From a virus (Duplodnaviria > Caudoviricetes): 64,000 bases of DNA. The DNA is taken from positions 1 through 64,000 of the IMG/VR virus record IMGVR_UViG_3300042997_000757, one strand, 5' to 3'. A program made the position numbers and the translations under genes. Numbering within the stretch: position 1 is the first letter of the stretch; each line of letters opens with the position of its first letter. Shown one piece after another: positions 10,081-18,965 of this stretch. The notes beneath the pieces are model-generated. The model was not told the DNA's origin, did not search any database, and worked only from the letters and a program-made list of their open reading frames with translations.

Positions 10081-10518
10081 CTAAAAGTCCCCTGCATTCT
10101 TGTTTTTCCAATTTTTGTTTATAACATGGTTTTGTATAGGTACTTCCATGTCTGGATTAACATCATTAGCAGCGGCGACACGATGATGTCCATCCATAAT
10201 GTGTGGTGCAACATCATTAGAATAATGTGCAATTTGTACTGGCTCTAGAACGCCTTCTTTAGCAATTGCCTTGTGCAGACCGCCTGCTCGCCATCCTTCG
10301 GGGGAACCAGCCTCTTCTTTGGTATGAGCCAGTTTTACATCCCACATATATTGCTTTTCTTCTTCTGGGGTATGGCTAGGTGGAAGATCATCTGAGTCCC
10401 AGTAACGGTTGTGTGCCTCTTCTTGAACATCACCCGGGTTAGGTTGCATGTTATATAACTCTCTGGCGGGCATGAACATAGCCAGTTGTTTAGGGTGGAG
10501 ATGGGCTGAGGCTGCCAT
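10081..10518 (-). CDS. ParB/Srx-like domain protein
   Basis: IAKEGVLEPV..IMDGHHRVAAA. Confidence 0.75.
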   Translation of the reverse strand: MAASAHLHPKQLAMFMPARELYNMQPNPGDVQEEAHNRYWDSDDLPPSHTPEEEKQYMWDVKLAHTKEEAGSPEGWRAGGLHKAIAKEGVLEPVQIAHYSNDVAPHIMDGHHRVAAANDVNPDMEVPIQNHVINKNWKNKNAGDF

Positions 10519-10521
10519 AGG

Positions 10522-11127
10522 CTAAAAAGTCTCCATACCGGGCAAAGGAACGTTTTTTACTGGGGCAGATGTTGCCTTTTGAGTTGTTTTCCCACGTAAT
10601 TCTCTTAGATGTTGTTTTGCACGGCGCATTGTGTTTGCTGGCATTTCATGCATGTTGGGATCTTTCTTAAAATCGTCAAGTTCACCGGCGTTCATAGTGT
10701 TTGCATCTAACCGCATGCCATTAAATGTGTTAACTGGCTCACTAACTACAGGCATCCCCAGTTTTTTAGCGTGTTCTACTAGTTGACTGCTGTATTTAGA
10801 CAAATTATCACTAGGAATAATATGTGCGTTGTATTTTTGGTGTATATGTGCAGCCATTGTCGGCGCATGAATACGTAAACTAGGGTCAAATGCCGTGTAG
10901 TGCACATTAATTTGCGCCGGGTGATGACCAAAAAGGGTACGATTGCCAGTACCGTCTGTAGCATGCTGGTAACTGTAATGATCTTTATGGTATACCCCAG
11001 AAATACTACCGAATGGTGTTTCACGTTTGCCAGAAGAACCTTTTACAGAACGAGAACCGAGCACAAAATGCTCAAAGCGTTTTGAGCCTTCACTCCCAGC
11101 AACTTCGCTTTCGTAGAAAATACTCAT
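10522..11127 (-). CDS. Hypothetical protein, possibly GNAT-like; paralog of 1973-2794
   Basis: Motifs shared with 1973-2794; C-terminus PLPGMETF. Confidence 0.55.
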   Translation of the reverse strand: MSIFYESEVAGSEGSKRFEHFVLGSRSVKGSSGKRETPFGSISGVYHKDHYSYQHATDGTGNRTLFGHHPAQINVHYTAFDPSLRIHAPTMAAHIHQKYNAHIIPSDNLSKYSSQLVEHAKKLGMPVVSEPVNTFNGMRLDANTMNAGELDDFKKDPNMHEMPANTMRRAKQHLRELRGKTTQKATSAPVKNVPLPGMETF

Positions 11128-11137
11128 ATCTACTAGT

Positions 11138-11776
11138 TTACTTTACATTTACAATCTTATAGTCGTAGGAGTTGTCGTCAGAGGTAAGCCACTTGCTACC
11201 GTCTTCAACACCCCATACCCTGTCGCTTACTAACCGCTCAATGAGCGTTTCACCCTTTTTGGTCGTATGTGAAGGGTCCCATAGTTTTATTCTATTGTTT
11301 GGCTGGATTGCAAAGTTGCCGTCTTCTCGCTCAATAACGTGACCACACTTGTGGTTGGCAGAGTCCTCTGAGTAGTTTGTGTTCGGGATGTTGTTGTCTG
11401 GGTGGTGCCAGTCAAGAGTAAACAGGTAGGAGCCGTTTACGTCCTTCTTATGCCTGTCAATGTACGTGACAGACCGACCTCTCATGTGCTCAAATGTCGT
11501 TACCGCTATATAAGGGGAGAAGCAGTTCCACATGACCAAATCGTGGATGTCCACTTCAGGGCTGTCTTCTCTCATGCAAAACGCATTTATTGGTGCTCTC
11601 CACCAAACTCCACCATCTTCCATCAAAAAGTGGAACACAGGCGCTCTATCCGTTACCGAGGCGACTCCAAAGATAACAACTGGAAACTTTAATTCATGAC
11701 TGTCCTCTTGGTTGCGAAGGAAGTTTCCTCTAACAAAACAATGAACTGGAGGAACATTGGCGTTAAGTTCAGGCAT
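11138..11776 (-). CDS. Conserved phage hypothetical protein
   Basis: 212-aa ORF (LNANVPP..HKCGHV..QPNNR); leaderless-type -10. Confidence 0.7.
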   Translation of the reverse strand: MPELNANVPPVHCFVRGNFLRNQEDSHELKFPVVIFGVASVTDRAPVFHFLMEDGGVWWRAPINAFCMREDSPEVDIHDLVMWNCFSPYIAVTTFEHMRGRSVTYIDRHKKDVNGSYLFTLDWHHPDNNIPNTNYSEDSANHKCGHVIEREDGNFAIQPNNRIKLWDPSHTTKKGETLIERLVSDRVWGVEDGSKWLTSDDNSYDYKIVNVK

Positions 11777-11793
11777 AAACCCAGTATAGGTGT

Positions 11794-12183
11794 TTAGCAG
11801 ACACCATTACGGCAGTAGCCTGTACCCTCTGGGACTTCTTTTCCACAACTAGAGCATTCGTTGTCTTCACGGATATGGCTTACATGGTCCATAGCGGAAG
11901 CACGGAGGGAACTAGCAGAACGTGCAGGACGGTATGTAGGGTCGTTACGCATCAATAGTGCTTCATTGGACAAGTAACCCAAATACGCATGGTACTTGTT
12001 TGGTTTACCTTCATACGGGTTCATGACGTCTGCACCCTCTATTGTCCTTTTCATCAGGTAAGCAGCGGTTACCTCGGAATCAGATAATTCGTGACCAAAA
12101 TGTTCACGCAAGGCATCGGGATGTGGAATAACACTTGCACGGGGATGGAAAGAGACTTGATTGAAGGCTTTGTTGCGACTCAT
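11794..12183 (-). CDS. Hypothetical protein with C-terminal Zn ribbon
   Basis: CSSCG...YCRNGVC. Confidence 0.6.
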   Translation of the reverse strand: MSRNKAFNQVSFHPRASVIPHPDALREHFGHELSDSEVTAAYLMKRTIEGADVMNPYEGKPNKYHAYLGYLSNEALLMRNDPTYRPARSASSLRASAMDHVSHIREDNECSSCGKEVPEGTGYCRNGVC

Positions 12184-12197
12184 GTATCTAGTATAGG

Positions 12198-12605
12198 TTA
12201 GTCTCGTTCATGAAGGTAGGTTTCATCTTCACGGTGTACATGTCCCGGTAGGCGGTCAGATTGTGCTTCTGGGTCATTGACAGACTCTGTATAGGTCACA
12301 GGAACCATCCATGAGGGGTCAATATCATGTGCGGCGGCAATACGGTGAGCGCCATTGATCAATGTTGTCTGCCCACGACTTCTACTTAAACGAATAGGGT
12401 TAACCATACCCTCTTTGCGAAGACTTTTATGCAAACCTATGGCTTGCGCCTCGTCCCCTTTGCGGTTCCAGAAGGCTTCTTCAGAGGGATGCCCAGATCT
12501 AGTGACATCTTTAGTGGTCATTTCTAGGTCTGACCCTTCAAGTTCTTCACGAAGCATACGCACAGGCATGAACAGTTGTCCGTTAAGGTGATGCCATGTA
12601 GCCAT
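12198..12605 (-). CDS. ParB/Srx-like domain protein
   Basis: LRKEGMVNPI..LINGAHRIAAA; paralog of 10081-10518. Confidence 0.7.
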   Translation of the reverse strand: MATWHHLNGQLFMPVRMLREELEGSDLEMTTKDVTRSGHPSEEAFWNRKGDEAQAIGLHKSLRKEGMVNPIRLSRSRGQTTLINGAHRIAAAHDIDPSWMVPVTYTESVNDPEAQSDRLPGHVHREDETYLHERD

Positions 12606-12715
12606 ACACCCAGTATAGGGCTATTTGGTGCGATTTTCAGGGTAACCCATTGTTGGAATAGGTCTATTGCGTCATTTTTTCGTGTTGTCGCTGACTCGAC
12701 CCTACCCCCCACCCC

Positions 12716-13492
12716 TGTGACGAACGTCACTTAACCATGGGGGGGTGCCTTTCGTCACACCTCGGCGCCTGCACCGTGGGTGCCTCGCCCCCCGTGGCGC
12801 CCTGAGCGCCCCCCAGTGCCCCGTGTGACCTCCGATGGCATGGTTATATGTCACACCCCCCCTCTGTGGCTTGACTGGAGGGGAAATTTGTGCGCAATTA
12901 CGAAAGCCTTATGTTATAAGGGTTTCCCGAGGTCTGAATTTCCCTACTACATGGCGCCACCCTTTGTCAAGTCATAGCGAAATAGGGCGAAAGCCTTATG
13001 GCACAAGGGGTTGAGGGGTGTTGTGACGAACGTCACGTACCTCAAGCCCTTTAAAATAGCGGATATGCCTTTTTATTGGCGCCTAAGGGGGGTTTCCCTC
13101 TGATATTGACTCGTTATCCCCGAGGAGGGGGTAGATCGCTGAGAACGGCGTACAGGGCTGTCTCAGGGGCAAACAGATTATTTAAAGGAAATGTGTGTTT
13201 TCGCCCCTAGAAATGGGGCTATGTGACGAACGACACACACAGGAGGGCGTACGGGGTAGGTATTCCCACTACCTCCCAGCCCCCAGTACCAATGTTGCAC
13301 CTGAGCACCACACATCAGGCGTAGCACCCCCTGTCTCCCCTCCTGTCTCCCTTGGTGAATCCATGGGAGGTCTGTCGGTTTGGCGCCCTTTTCTTCGCCC
13401 ATAAAGCCCTCGGAGCCTTATTCCGTACGGGTTTGAGCCATTTCCAGCGCATACCTCTTATATGCACTTATGCATATGTGACGAAGGTCACA
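12716..13492. promoter_or_regulatory. Five CRP-type operator sites (TGTGA-CGAAnG-TCACA-like)
   Basis: 12716-12731, 12744-12759 (reverse), 13022-13037, 13222-13237, 13477-13492 (perfect consensus). Confidence 0.65.
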
Positions 13493-13545
13493 CCCATGGA
13501 TGCATCCACAATGCGCATTTAATCCATCAGCCGTGCCTACAATGG

Positions 13546-13945
13546 CGCTGGAGGCACATATCCCTCCAGCGGTTGACACCGCTCCTCGGTCAATTAATTG
13601 TTAGGCGCCACGAACGGCAGGCATCGCTCCCGAGGAGATCCGCAAGCAACAGAGGTGAAGGCAACACGGCAAAGTGCTGTGATAACGCTTGCGAAATACT
13701 CCGACCCCTTAGACGACGGATGACCGCAGGAAAGCACACAGCGCCCCGTGGGTGGAGCAACCACCGCTAACAATTCAAGCCTGTCTCAGTGGCAACTGAG
13801 GCTGATCGGCGCTCACATAAAAAGAGCGCCCCAACGCATACCTGCACTTCTCTTCGGATGAGAACTTCTCGGGCAACCCCGAGATGTCAGAGCAACACTG
13901 AGCGCAGGTTCTACGCCTTTGGCGTTTTACAACAAGCAATTAATT
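13546..13945 (+). ncRNA. Large structured non-coding RNA or leader of unknown class
   Basis: About ten helices found by eye, GCAA/UUCG-type loops, G-U pairs on + strand; TACAAT at 13538-13543 just upstream. Confidence 0.65.
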
Positions 13946-13964
13946 CTCTTGAAAGGGGAACGCA

Positions 13965-14975
13965 ATGTCCGCACCAACCATCAACCTTGAAGCCCTCACT
14001 CCTGTTGAGCATGACCTGCTCTACTGCGAACGGCTCATCCTTCTCTCCAACGTCCGCTGGAACCATAAATGTTCATCTGAGAACGTCGTGCGCTACTTCG
14101 GCAAGGACGTCTACTTGCCAACGGGCGAATTTTCCTACGGTCGTGAACGTCACTCATCGGTGTACATCGCACCGAACACAGTGGTTGAGCCAACACACCT
14201 CAGTGAGGCTGTGGTTCTCACCGCTGATGAGGCTGTGCGTCTCTACGAGTTAGGCGTGGCTTGCCACAAGTCGTACCTCGCTGAGTCACTTGCTGAAACC
14301 ATCGTCCAGTTCAAAAAGGACGTGAAGACACTGGCATGGGCTGAGGCGCTCGTCGCTGACTGCGAACTTGAGTACAGCCGACGCCAGTGGGCACGCTTTT
14401 ATCTAGTGACGTCGTCTGACGGTCACATCCACAAGTCAACGTGGTGCTCCACATGCAACAAGGGTCAGTACGCCACCTCGTTCGCCTTGGTGCCTTACCT
14501 GAGTGGTGCAAGCGTCGCTGACGCTGTCGCAGACCTCGGGTGCGCATTGTGCTCGGTGTGTTTCCCCGATGCCCCTGTTGAATCCAAGGAGCAGGTCAAG
14601 ATCAGCGCTCGTGTTGCACTGGTGCTCGCAGAGCGTGGTGTGGAGGCATTCCAAGAGGCACGAGCCAAGGCTCAGGCTGACGCACAAAAGCGTGCCAGCG
14701 ACCGCTGTGAAGGCAGTGGCACTGAGTCTGCAAGAGGCGAGCGCTACGGCTACGCCTGCACGGTGTGTGGCAACACTCAGCGCAACGCTGGCAAGGTGCG
14801 TGCACATCGTCGTCCTCGGTTCTACGCAGTCAAGGAAAACTGGCAGGGGTACAACGACGGCTGGTGGAACGGCACCGACTGGGCACCAAGCACCAAGAAG
14901 TTGGCATTGTCCAGCAGAGAAGAAGCACAAGCCATCGTGGAGGCTCACGGTGGTGACCGAGTCCGCTCGGAGTAA
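13965..14975 (+). CDS. Early hypothetical protein with Cys/His metal-binding motifs
   Basis: GHIHKSTWCSTC, LCSVCFP, CTVCG; RBS GAAAGGGG. Confidence 0.75.
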   Translation: MSAPTINLEALTPVEHDLLYCERLILLSNVRWNHKCSSENVVRYFGKDVYLPTGEFSYGRERHSSVYIAPNTVVEPTHLSEAVVLTADEAVRLYELGVACHKSYLAESLAETIVQFKKDVKTLAWAEALVADCELEYSRRQWARFYLVTSSDGHIHKSTWCSTCNKGQYATSFALVPYLSGASVADAVADLGCALCSVCFPDAPVESKEQVKISARVALVLAERGVEAFQEARAKAQADAQKRASDRCEGSGTESARGERYGYACTVCGNTQRNAGKVRAHRRPRFYAVKENWQGYNDGWWNGTDWAPSTKKLALSSREEAQAIVEAHGGDRVRSE

Positions 14976-14981
14976 TCAACG

Positions 14982-15055
14982 GCATCAGCGCTTCGGCGCT
15001 GGTGCTCACAGAGGGCATCGGGTTCACGCTCGGTGCCTTCTGTGAGCATTCGCTC
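14982..15055 (+). ncRNA. Three-hairpin intergenic element, copy A
   Basis: GCATCAGCGC-TTCG-GCGCTGGTGC; ~17-19-bp second stem; GAGC-ATTC-GCTC. Confidence 0.7.
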
Positions 15056-15088
15056 AACCAACCATTCTCTTGAAAGGGGAAATAAAAA

Positions 15089-15661
15089 ATGAAAACCATT
15101 GAGATCACATGGAAAGCATTCGGTAGACCAACCACCGCCGTTTTCCAATACGACACCGCACTGGATGACCTCGCAATCTGCGCTAAGGCGTTCCGTGAGA
15201 CGAACCTGTATGAAGGCTTCTTGTGGGCATCACTGCAAGCGCAGTTGCCTGAAGAGCGCACACACACGGCGCTGTCGGTCGGTGACGAGGTCACCATTGA
15301 CGACAACACATACGAGTGCCGTGGCGCAGGCTGGAGCAAGGTGGAAGACATTCCACATCGTTGGTGTCACATATGCGAGAACTTTCTCACTGAGTGGAAC
15401 TTGGCGCCTGTCGGGTGCAGTGACGCTCTCAACCGCAAGCGTGTCTATGCGGACGGGGTGTACTTGTGCGACGACTGCTACGACCACTGGTGCACCGAGA
15501 ATGACATCCAGCCCGAAGGCTTCATTGAGCCTGCTACGGCTGTTCAAGAAGACGTGCAGACAGTCCTCAACTGGTTGCCACAAGGCTTCCCCGAGGCTGA
15601 CATCGCCTACGACGCACTTAACCGCTTGGCTGAGGCTCTCGGTCTCAAGCCCTACGTATAA
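15089..15661 (+). CDS. Early hypothetical protein (Zn finger)
   Basis: HTALSVGDEV; CHIC..CDDC; RBS GAAAGGGG. Confidence 0.75.
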   Translation: MKTIEITWKAFGRPTTAVFQYDTALDDLAICAKAFRETNLYEGFLWASLQAQLPEERTHTALSVGDEVTIDDNTYECRGAGWSKVEDIPHRWCHICENFLTEWNLAPVGCSDALNRKRVYADGVYLCDDCYDHWCTENDIQPEGFIEPATAVQEDVQTVLNWLPQGFPEADIAYDALNRLAEALGLKPYV

Positions 15662-15689
15662 CCAACCCAACCGACCACTGGAGGTCAAC

Positions 15690-15914
15690 ATGTACAACAT
15701 TCAACTCACCTACTCAAACACACGCCAAGTCAAGTACCTGAAAGCGCACCTGTTGCGTGGAGGCAGAATCGTCTCCACTCGTTGGCAACAGAGTGCACGC
15801 AGGTTCAAGTCTGAAGCAGAGGCGCAAGAGTTCATCAACAAGGTCAGCCCGTATTTTCACGGTACGTGGACGGCTGTCCCATACACACCCATCAAGCAAG
15901 CAAGCAACGCCTAG
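15690..15914 (+). CDS. Early hypothetical protein; paralog of N-half of 15927-16448
   Basis: GGAGG RBS; MYNIQL..ARRFKSEAEA..GTWTAVP. Confidence 0.7.
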   Translation: MYNIQLTYSNTRQVKYLKAHLLRGGRIVSTRWQQSARRFKSEAEAQEFINKVSPYFHGTWTAVPYTPIKQASNA

Positions 15915-15926
15915 GAGGCACACATC

Positions 15927-16448
15927 ATGAAGTACAACATTCAATTCGTATACACAGGAACACGCCACGACGGCACTTTTTATCTTGCCAACACTGGAGA
16001 CGCTGTGGTGAGAGCATCCACTACACCGCATCAAGATATTGCTAAGAGGTTTGCCAGTGAAGAGGAGGCTCTTGCTTTTGCAAAACGGCATACCAGTAGC
16101 GAAAAGTACAACCCGTTTAGTGTCGGCACATGGACAGTCGTCCCAGCACCTACGAGGTACACAACATCAATAAAAATTGAAACCACCACAAAAGTTGCCT
16201 ACGGCACCGAGTGCGTCTACCTCAAGTACGACGTTTTCACTGCCGAAGAATTGCCATGGCAATGGAGCCAGTTGTCATTGGACGAGAAATACGACCACGT
16301 CAACAACTACTGCCACTGGCACTCAGGTGAGTCTGACATCAGTGGTCAGAATGATTACTGGCTGGAGAACAACCCACAAGAGCACGGCAACCAAACTGAG
16401 GTCGTCATAGAAGTAGTTGAGACATACCGATTAGAGGAGGAAATTTAA
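15927..16448 (+). CDS. Early hypothetical protein
   Basis: TAGGAGG RBS; MKYNIQF..AKRFASEEEA..GTWTVVP. Confidence 0.75.
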   Translation: MKYNIQFVYTGTRHDGTFYLANTGDAVVRASTTPHQDIAKRFASEEEALAFAKRHTSSEKYNPFSVGTWTVVPAPTRYTTSIKIETTTKVAYGTECVYLKYDVFTAEELPWQWSQLSLDEKYDHVNNYCHWHSGESDISGQNDYWLENNPQEHGNQTEVVIEVVETYRLEEEI

Positions 16449-17171
16449 GTGTCTGCATCAACCATCACCGTCAAGCAACAGTCATTTGTGCGCTCGCTTT
16501 TACTGGAGCGCTTAGATGCACTTGAGATCACCGACCTTGACGAGTACATCAAGGCACAGTCCATCAACACCCTCACGGGTCAAGGTGCGAGCAAACTCAT
16601 TGAGGCTTTGAAGAGCATCCCTTGCTCCAAGAAGTCCGAGCATGCACACCTTCCCGAGGGGCGTGTCATCGCCAACCGATACGGCAACAAGTGCACCCTG
16701 TGCAACTCGTACGTGGAGGCTGGCGACGGCTGGGCAGTTCAGACCAGCGCAGGCTGGCGCACCTTCCACAGCGCTGGTCAGTGCGTCACAGTTGACGTCA
16801 GTGCCCCGAGCATTGAGGTCGAGAGTGGCAAGACCTATCGCCTTGAAGACGGCACCATCGCTGTTGCGTACACCACACAGAATGGTCGCCTTGCTTCACG
16901 TCGTCTCATCATTGATGAGGACGGCACAGGGCACCTTGAGTACTGGCAAGGTGGCGTCGCCAAGATCAAGGCGTACGGCGCTCTGCTCACGCAGGAGGAG
17001 GCGTCACGCATTGGTCGCCTGCATCGCTTCTGCGTCTCGTGCTGTCGTGACCTCACCGACGACCGCTCGTTGTCTGCTGGCTACGGTCAGACCTGCGCCT
17101 CTAACAATGGCTGGTGGTACCCCAGCCTCAAGGAGGCGAAAGAAATACTTCAGCGTGACATCACGCTCTGA
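16449..17171 (+). CDS. DUF6011-like Zn-binding domain protein
   Basis: C-terminal CVSCCRDLTDDRS..AGYGQTCA. Confidence 0.65.
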   Translation: MSASTITVKQQSFVRSLLLERLDALEITDLDEYIKAQSINTLTGQGASKLIEALKSIPCSKKSEHAHLPEGRVIANRYGNKCTLCNSYVEAGDGWAVQTSAGWRTFHSAGQCVTVDVSAPSIEVESGKTYRLEDGTIAVAYTTQNGRLASRRLIIDEDGTGHLEYWQGGVAKIKAYGALLTQEEASRIGRLHRFCVSCCRDLTDDRSLSAGYGQTCASNNGWWYPSLKEAKEILQRDITL

Positions 17172-17245
17172 GATCTAGGGGCGTCACTCCCCCGAGACAC
17201 GTCACCTGCTACTGCTCGGCAGGTGCGTGAGTTAAATGGGCAGGA

Positions 17246-17318
17246 GCGTCACCACTTCGGTGGTGGCGTCCTCAGAGGTCATCAGCGTCCTGCTGGTGGC
17301 TTCTGAGGGCGTAAGCCC
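17246..17318 (+). ncRNA. Three-hairpin intergenic element, copy B
   Basis: GCGTCACCAC-TTCG-GTGGTGGCGT; 17-bp second stem; GGGC-GTAA-GCCC. Confidence 0.7.
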
Positions 17319-17357
17319 GAGCACCAACCCAAACCATCAAGCCTTAGGAGGCACACA

Positions 17358-18944
17358 ATGAATGCACACCGCTCCACCCTTGACTCGTTGCTCACGCAAT
17401 TGCCACGAGTCGCCAACGCCATTGTCATTGATCAAGATCGTGCGAACCTCTCAGGTGCGCATGATGCTGACCTTGACTTTGACCTATCACTGCCACTGCT
17501 CCCGTACCAACGTGCTGGCGTCAAGTACATCCTTGAGCACAAGCATGAGGGCATCGGTCACCGTGCACTGCTCGGTGATGAGGCTGGTTTAGGTAAGACA
17601 GCGCAATTAATCGCTGTGGCACTCCATGCGAAGCGCAACGGCAAGCGCTCGCTCATCGTGGTGCCACCATCGCTTCGTGAGAACTGGCGCCGTGAGTTGT
17701 TGAAGTTCACTGCTGGCGAGTTGTCAGTTGAAGTCATCGCAGGTGCCAAGCCATACAAGTTGAGCAACGCTGACGTCATTGTCATCGGTGATGCAACGCT
17801 CGTCTCGTGGGCTGTAGCGCTCGGCAAGGTTGGCTTCGGCTCCTTGCTGGTTGATGAGTCACACCGTGCCAAGAACCCTCGTGCACAGCGCACCAAGGCT
17901 CTACAGGCTCTTGCGTTGACCATTGACAAGGATGGCTACATCGTCCTCGCTTCAGGCACTCCATGCCTCAACAAGCCACTAGAACTTGTCGCACAGTTAG
18001 ACATACTCGGTGTGCTCGCTCCAGTGTTCGGCTCTGCTGGCTCGTTCAAGTTTCGCTACTGCGATCCACAGCCAGTCAACATCGGACGTCGCATTGTCTA
18101 CACATACAACGGTGCGAGCAACACCGCTGAGTTGCACGACAAGTTGCGTGGCACGGTGTACATCCGACGTCGCAAGTTGGACGTGCTCACTGAGTTGCCA
18201 CCAAAGCGTCGTGCTCAACTGGCTATCGCATTGAGTGATGCGACACTGCGTGAGTACAACCGCATTGAGGCAGACTTCCTCGCTTGGGTATTTGACAAGG
18301 GTGGACGTGAAGCAGTGCTCAAGGCATCCAATGCCGAGACCATCACACGCCTCACAGCGCTCTTGCAGGAACTTGGCAAGGCAAAGGTGGAGGCAGGAAT
18401 TGAGCATGTTGAGAGCCTCATTGACGGCGACCAGCCTGTTGTGGTGTTCGCTCACCACCGTGCAGTCATTGACGCATTCATCGCTGAGTGCGACAAGCGT
18501 GCCGAGACAGATCCACGCTGGCGTGCGGTCAAGGTTGTCGGTGGTCTTGGTGATGAAGCCAAGCAAAAGGCTGTAGACGCTTTCCGCTCGGGTGAAGCCA
18601 ACATCTTCGTTGGCAACTACCAAGCCTCAGGTGTCGGTCTCACGCTCACCTCCAGTGGCGACAAAGCATGCACCCAGTGGGTGTCGCTTCAACTGCCATG
18701 GGAGCCAAGCACACTCAGCCAAGCAGAAGATCGCATTCACCGCATCGGTCAGACCGAGTCGGTCACCTGCTGGCACATCACAGCCGTCAAGAAGGACTCC
18801 AGCGAGACGCTGGACGGTCGCTTGTATGCACTGCTCAACCACAAGAGTGAAGTCGTCTCCAGCGTGCTGGATGGCTTCGCTAGTGACCTCGGTGCAGAGG
18901 CTGGTTCAATCATCGCTTCCCTACTTGAAGAGTGGGTCGGCTAA
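17358..18944 (+). CDS. SNF2/HARP-like SF2 helicase (early region)
   Basis: DEAGLGKT, DESH, SGTP, QAEDRIHRIGQ. Confidence 0.9.
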   Translation: MNAHRSTLDSLLTQLPRVANAIVIDQDRANLSGAHDADLDFDLSLPLLPYQRAGVKYILEHKHEGIGHRALLGDEAGLGKTAQLIAVALHAKRNGKRSLIVVPPSLRENWRRELLKFTAGELSVEVIAGAKPYKLSNADVIVIGDATLVSWAVALGKVGFGSLLVDESHRAKNPRAQRTKALQALALTIDKDGYIVLASGTPCLNKPLELVAQLDILGVLAPVFGSAGSFKFRYCDPQPVNIGRRIVYTYNGASNTAELHDKLRGTVYIRRRKLDVLTELPPKRRAQLAIALSDATLREYNRIEADFLAWVFDKGGREAVLKASNAETITRLTALLQELGKAKVEAGIEHVESLIDGDQPVVVFAHHRAVIDAFIAECDKRAETDPRWRAVKVVGGLGDEAKQKAVDAFRSGEANIFVGNYQASGVGLTLTSSGDKACTQWVSLQLPWEPSTLSQAEDRIHRIGQTESVTCWHITAVKKDSSETLDGRLYALLNHKSEVVSSVLDGFASDLGAEAGSIIASLLEEWVG

Positions 18945-18965
18945 CAATCTGAGGTGGTGCTCAGG

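Noticed and set aside
13840-13909. tRNA gene (cloverleaf-like four-way junction)
   Set aside because: No TTC T-loop, D-loop GG, 7-nt anticodon loop or CCA; treated as part of the larger RNA. No tRNA was recognised elsewhere.
12524-14253. ORF-track calls in the switch region (12524, 12780, 13178, 13195, 13462, 13789)
   Set aside because: No RBS, low-complexity translations, and overlap with operator repeats or RNA helices.
15099-15689. N-terminal part of the 271-aa ORF 15099-15914
   Set aside because: Overlaps 15089-15661 in another frame; the real gene starts at ATG 15690 after GGAGG.
17189-17199. CCCCCGAGACA complementary to 26570-26580
   Set aside because: A single 11-nt match with no functional context; could be chance among many comparisons.
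17198-17243. Pistol ribozyme (stem followed by GTTAAAT)
   Set aside because: The loop partner follows the linker immediately; the pistol P2/P3 arrangement could not be found.
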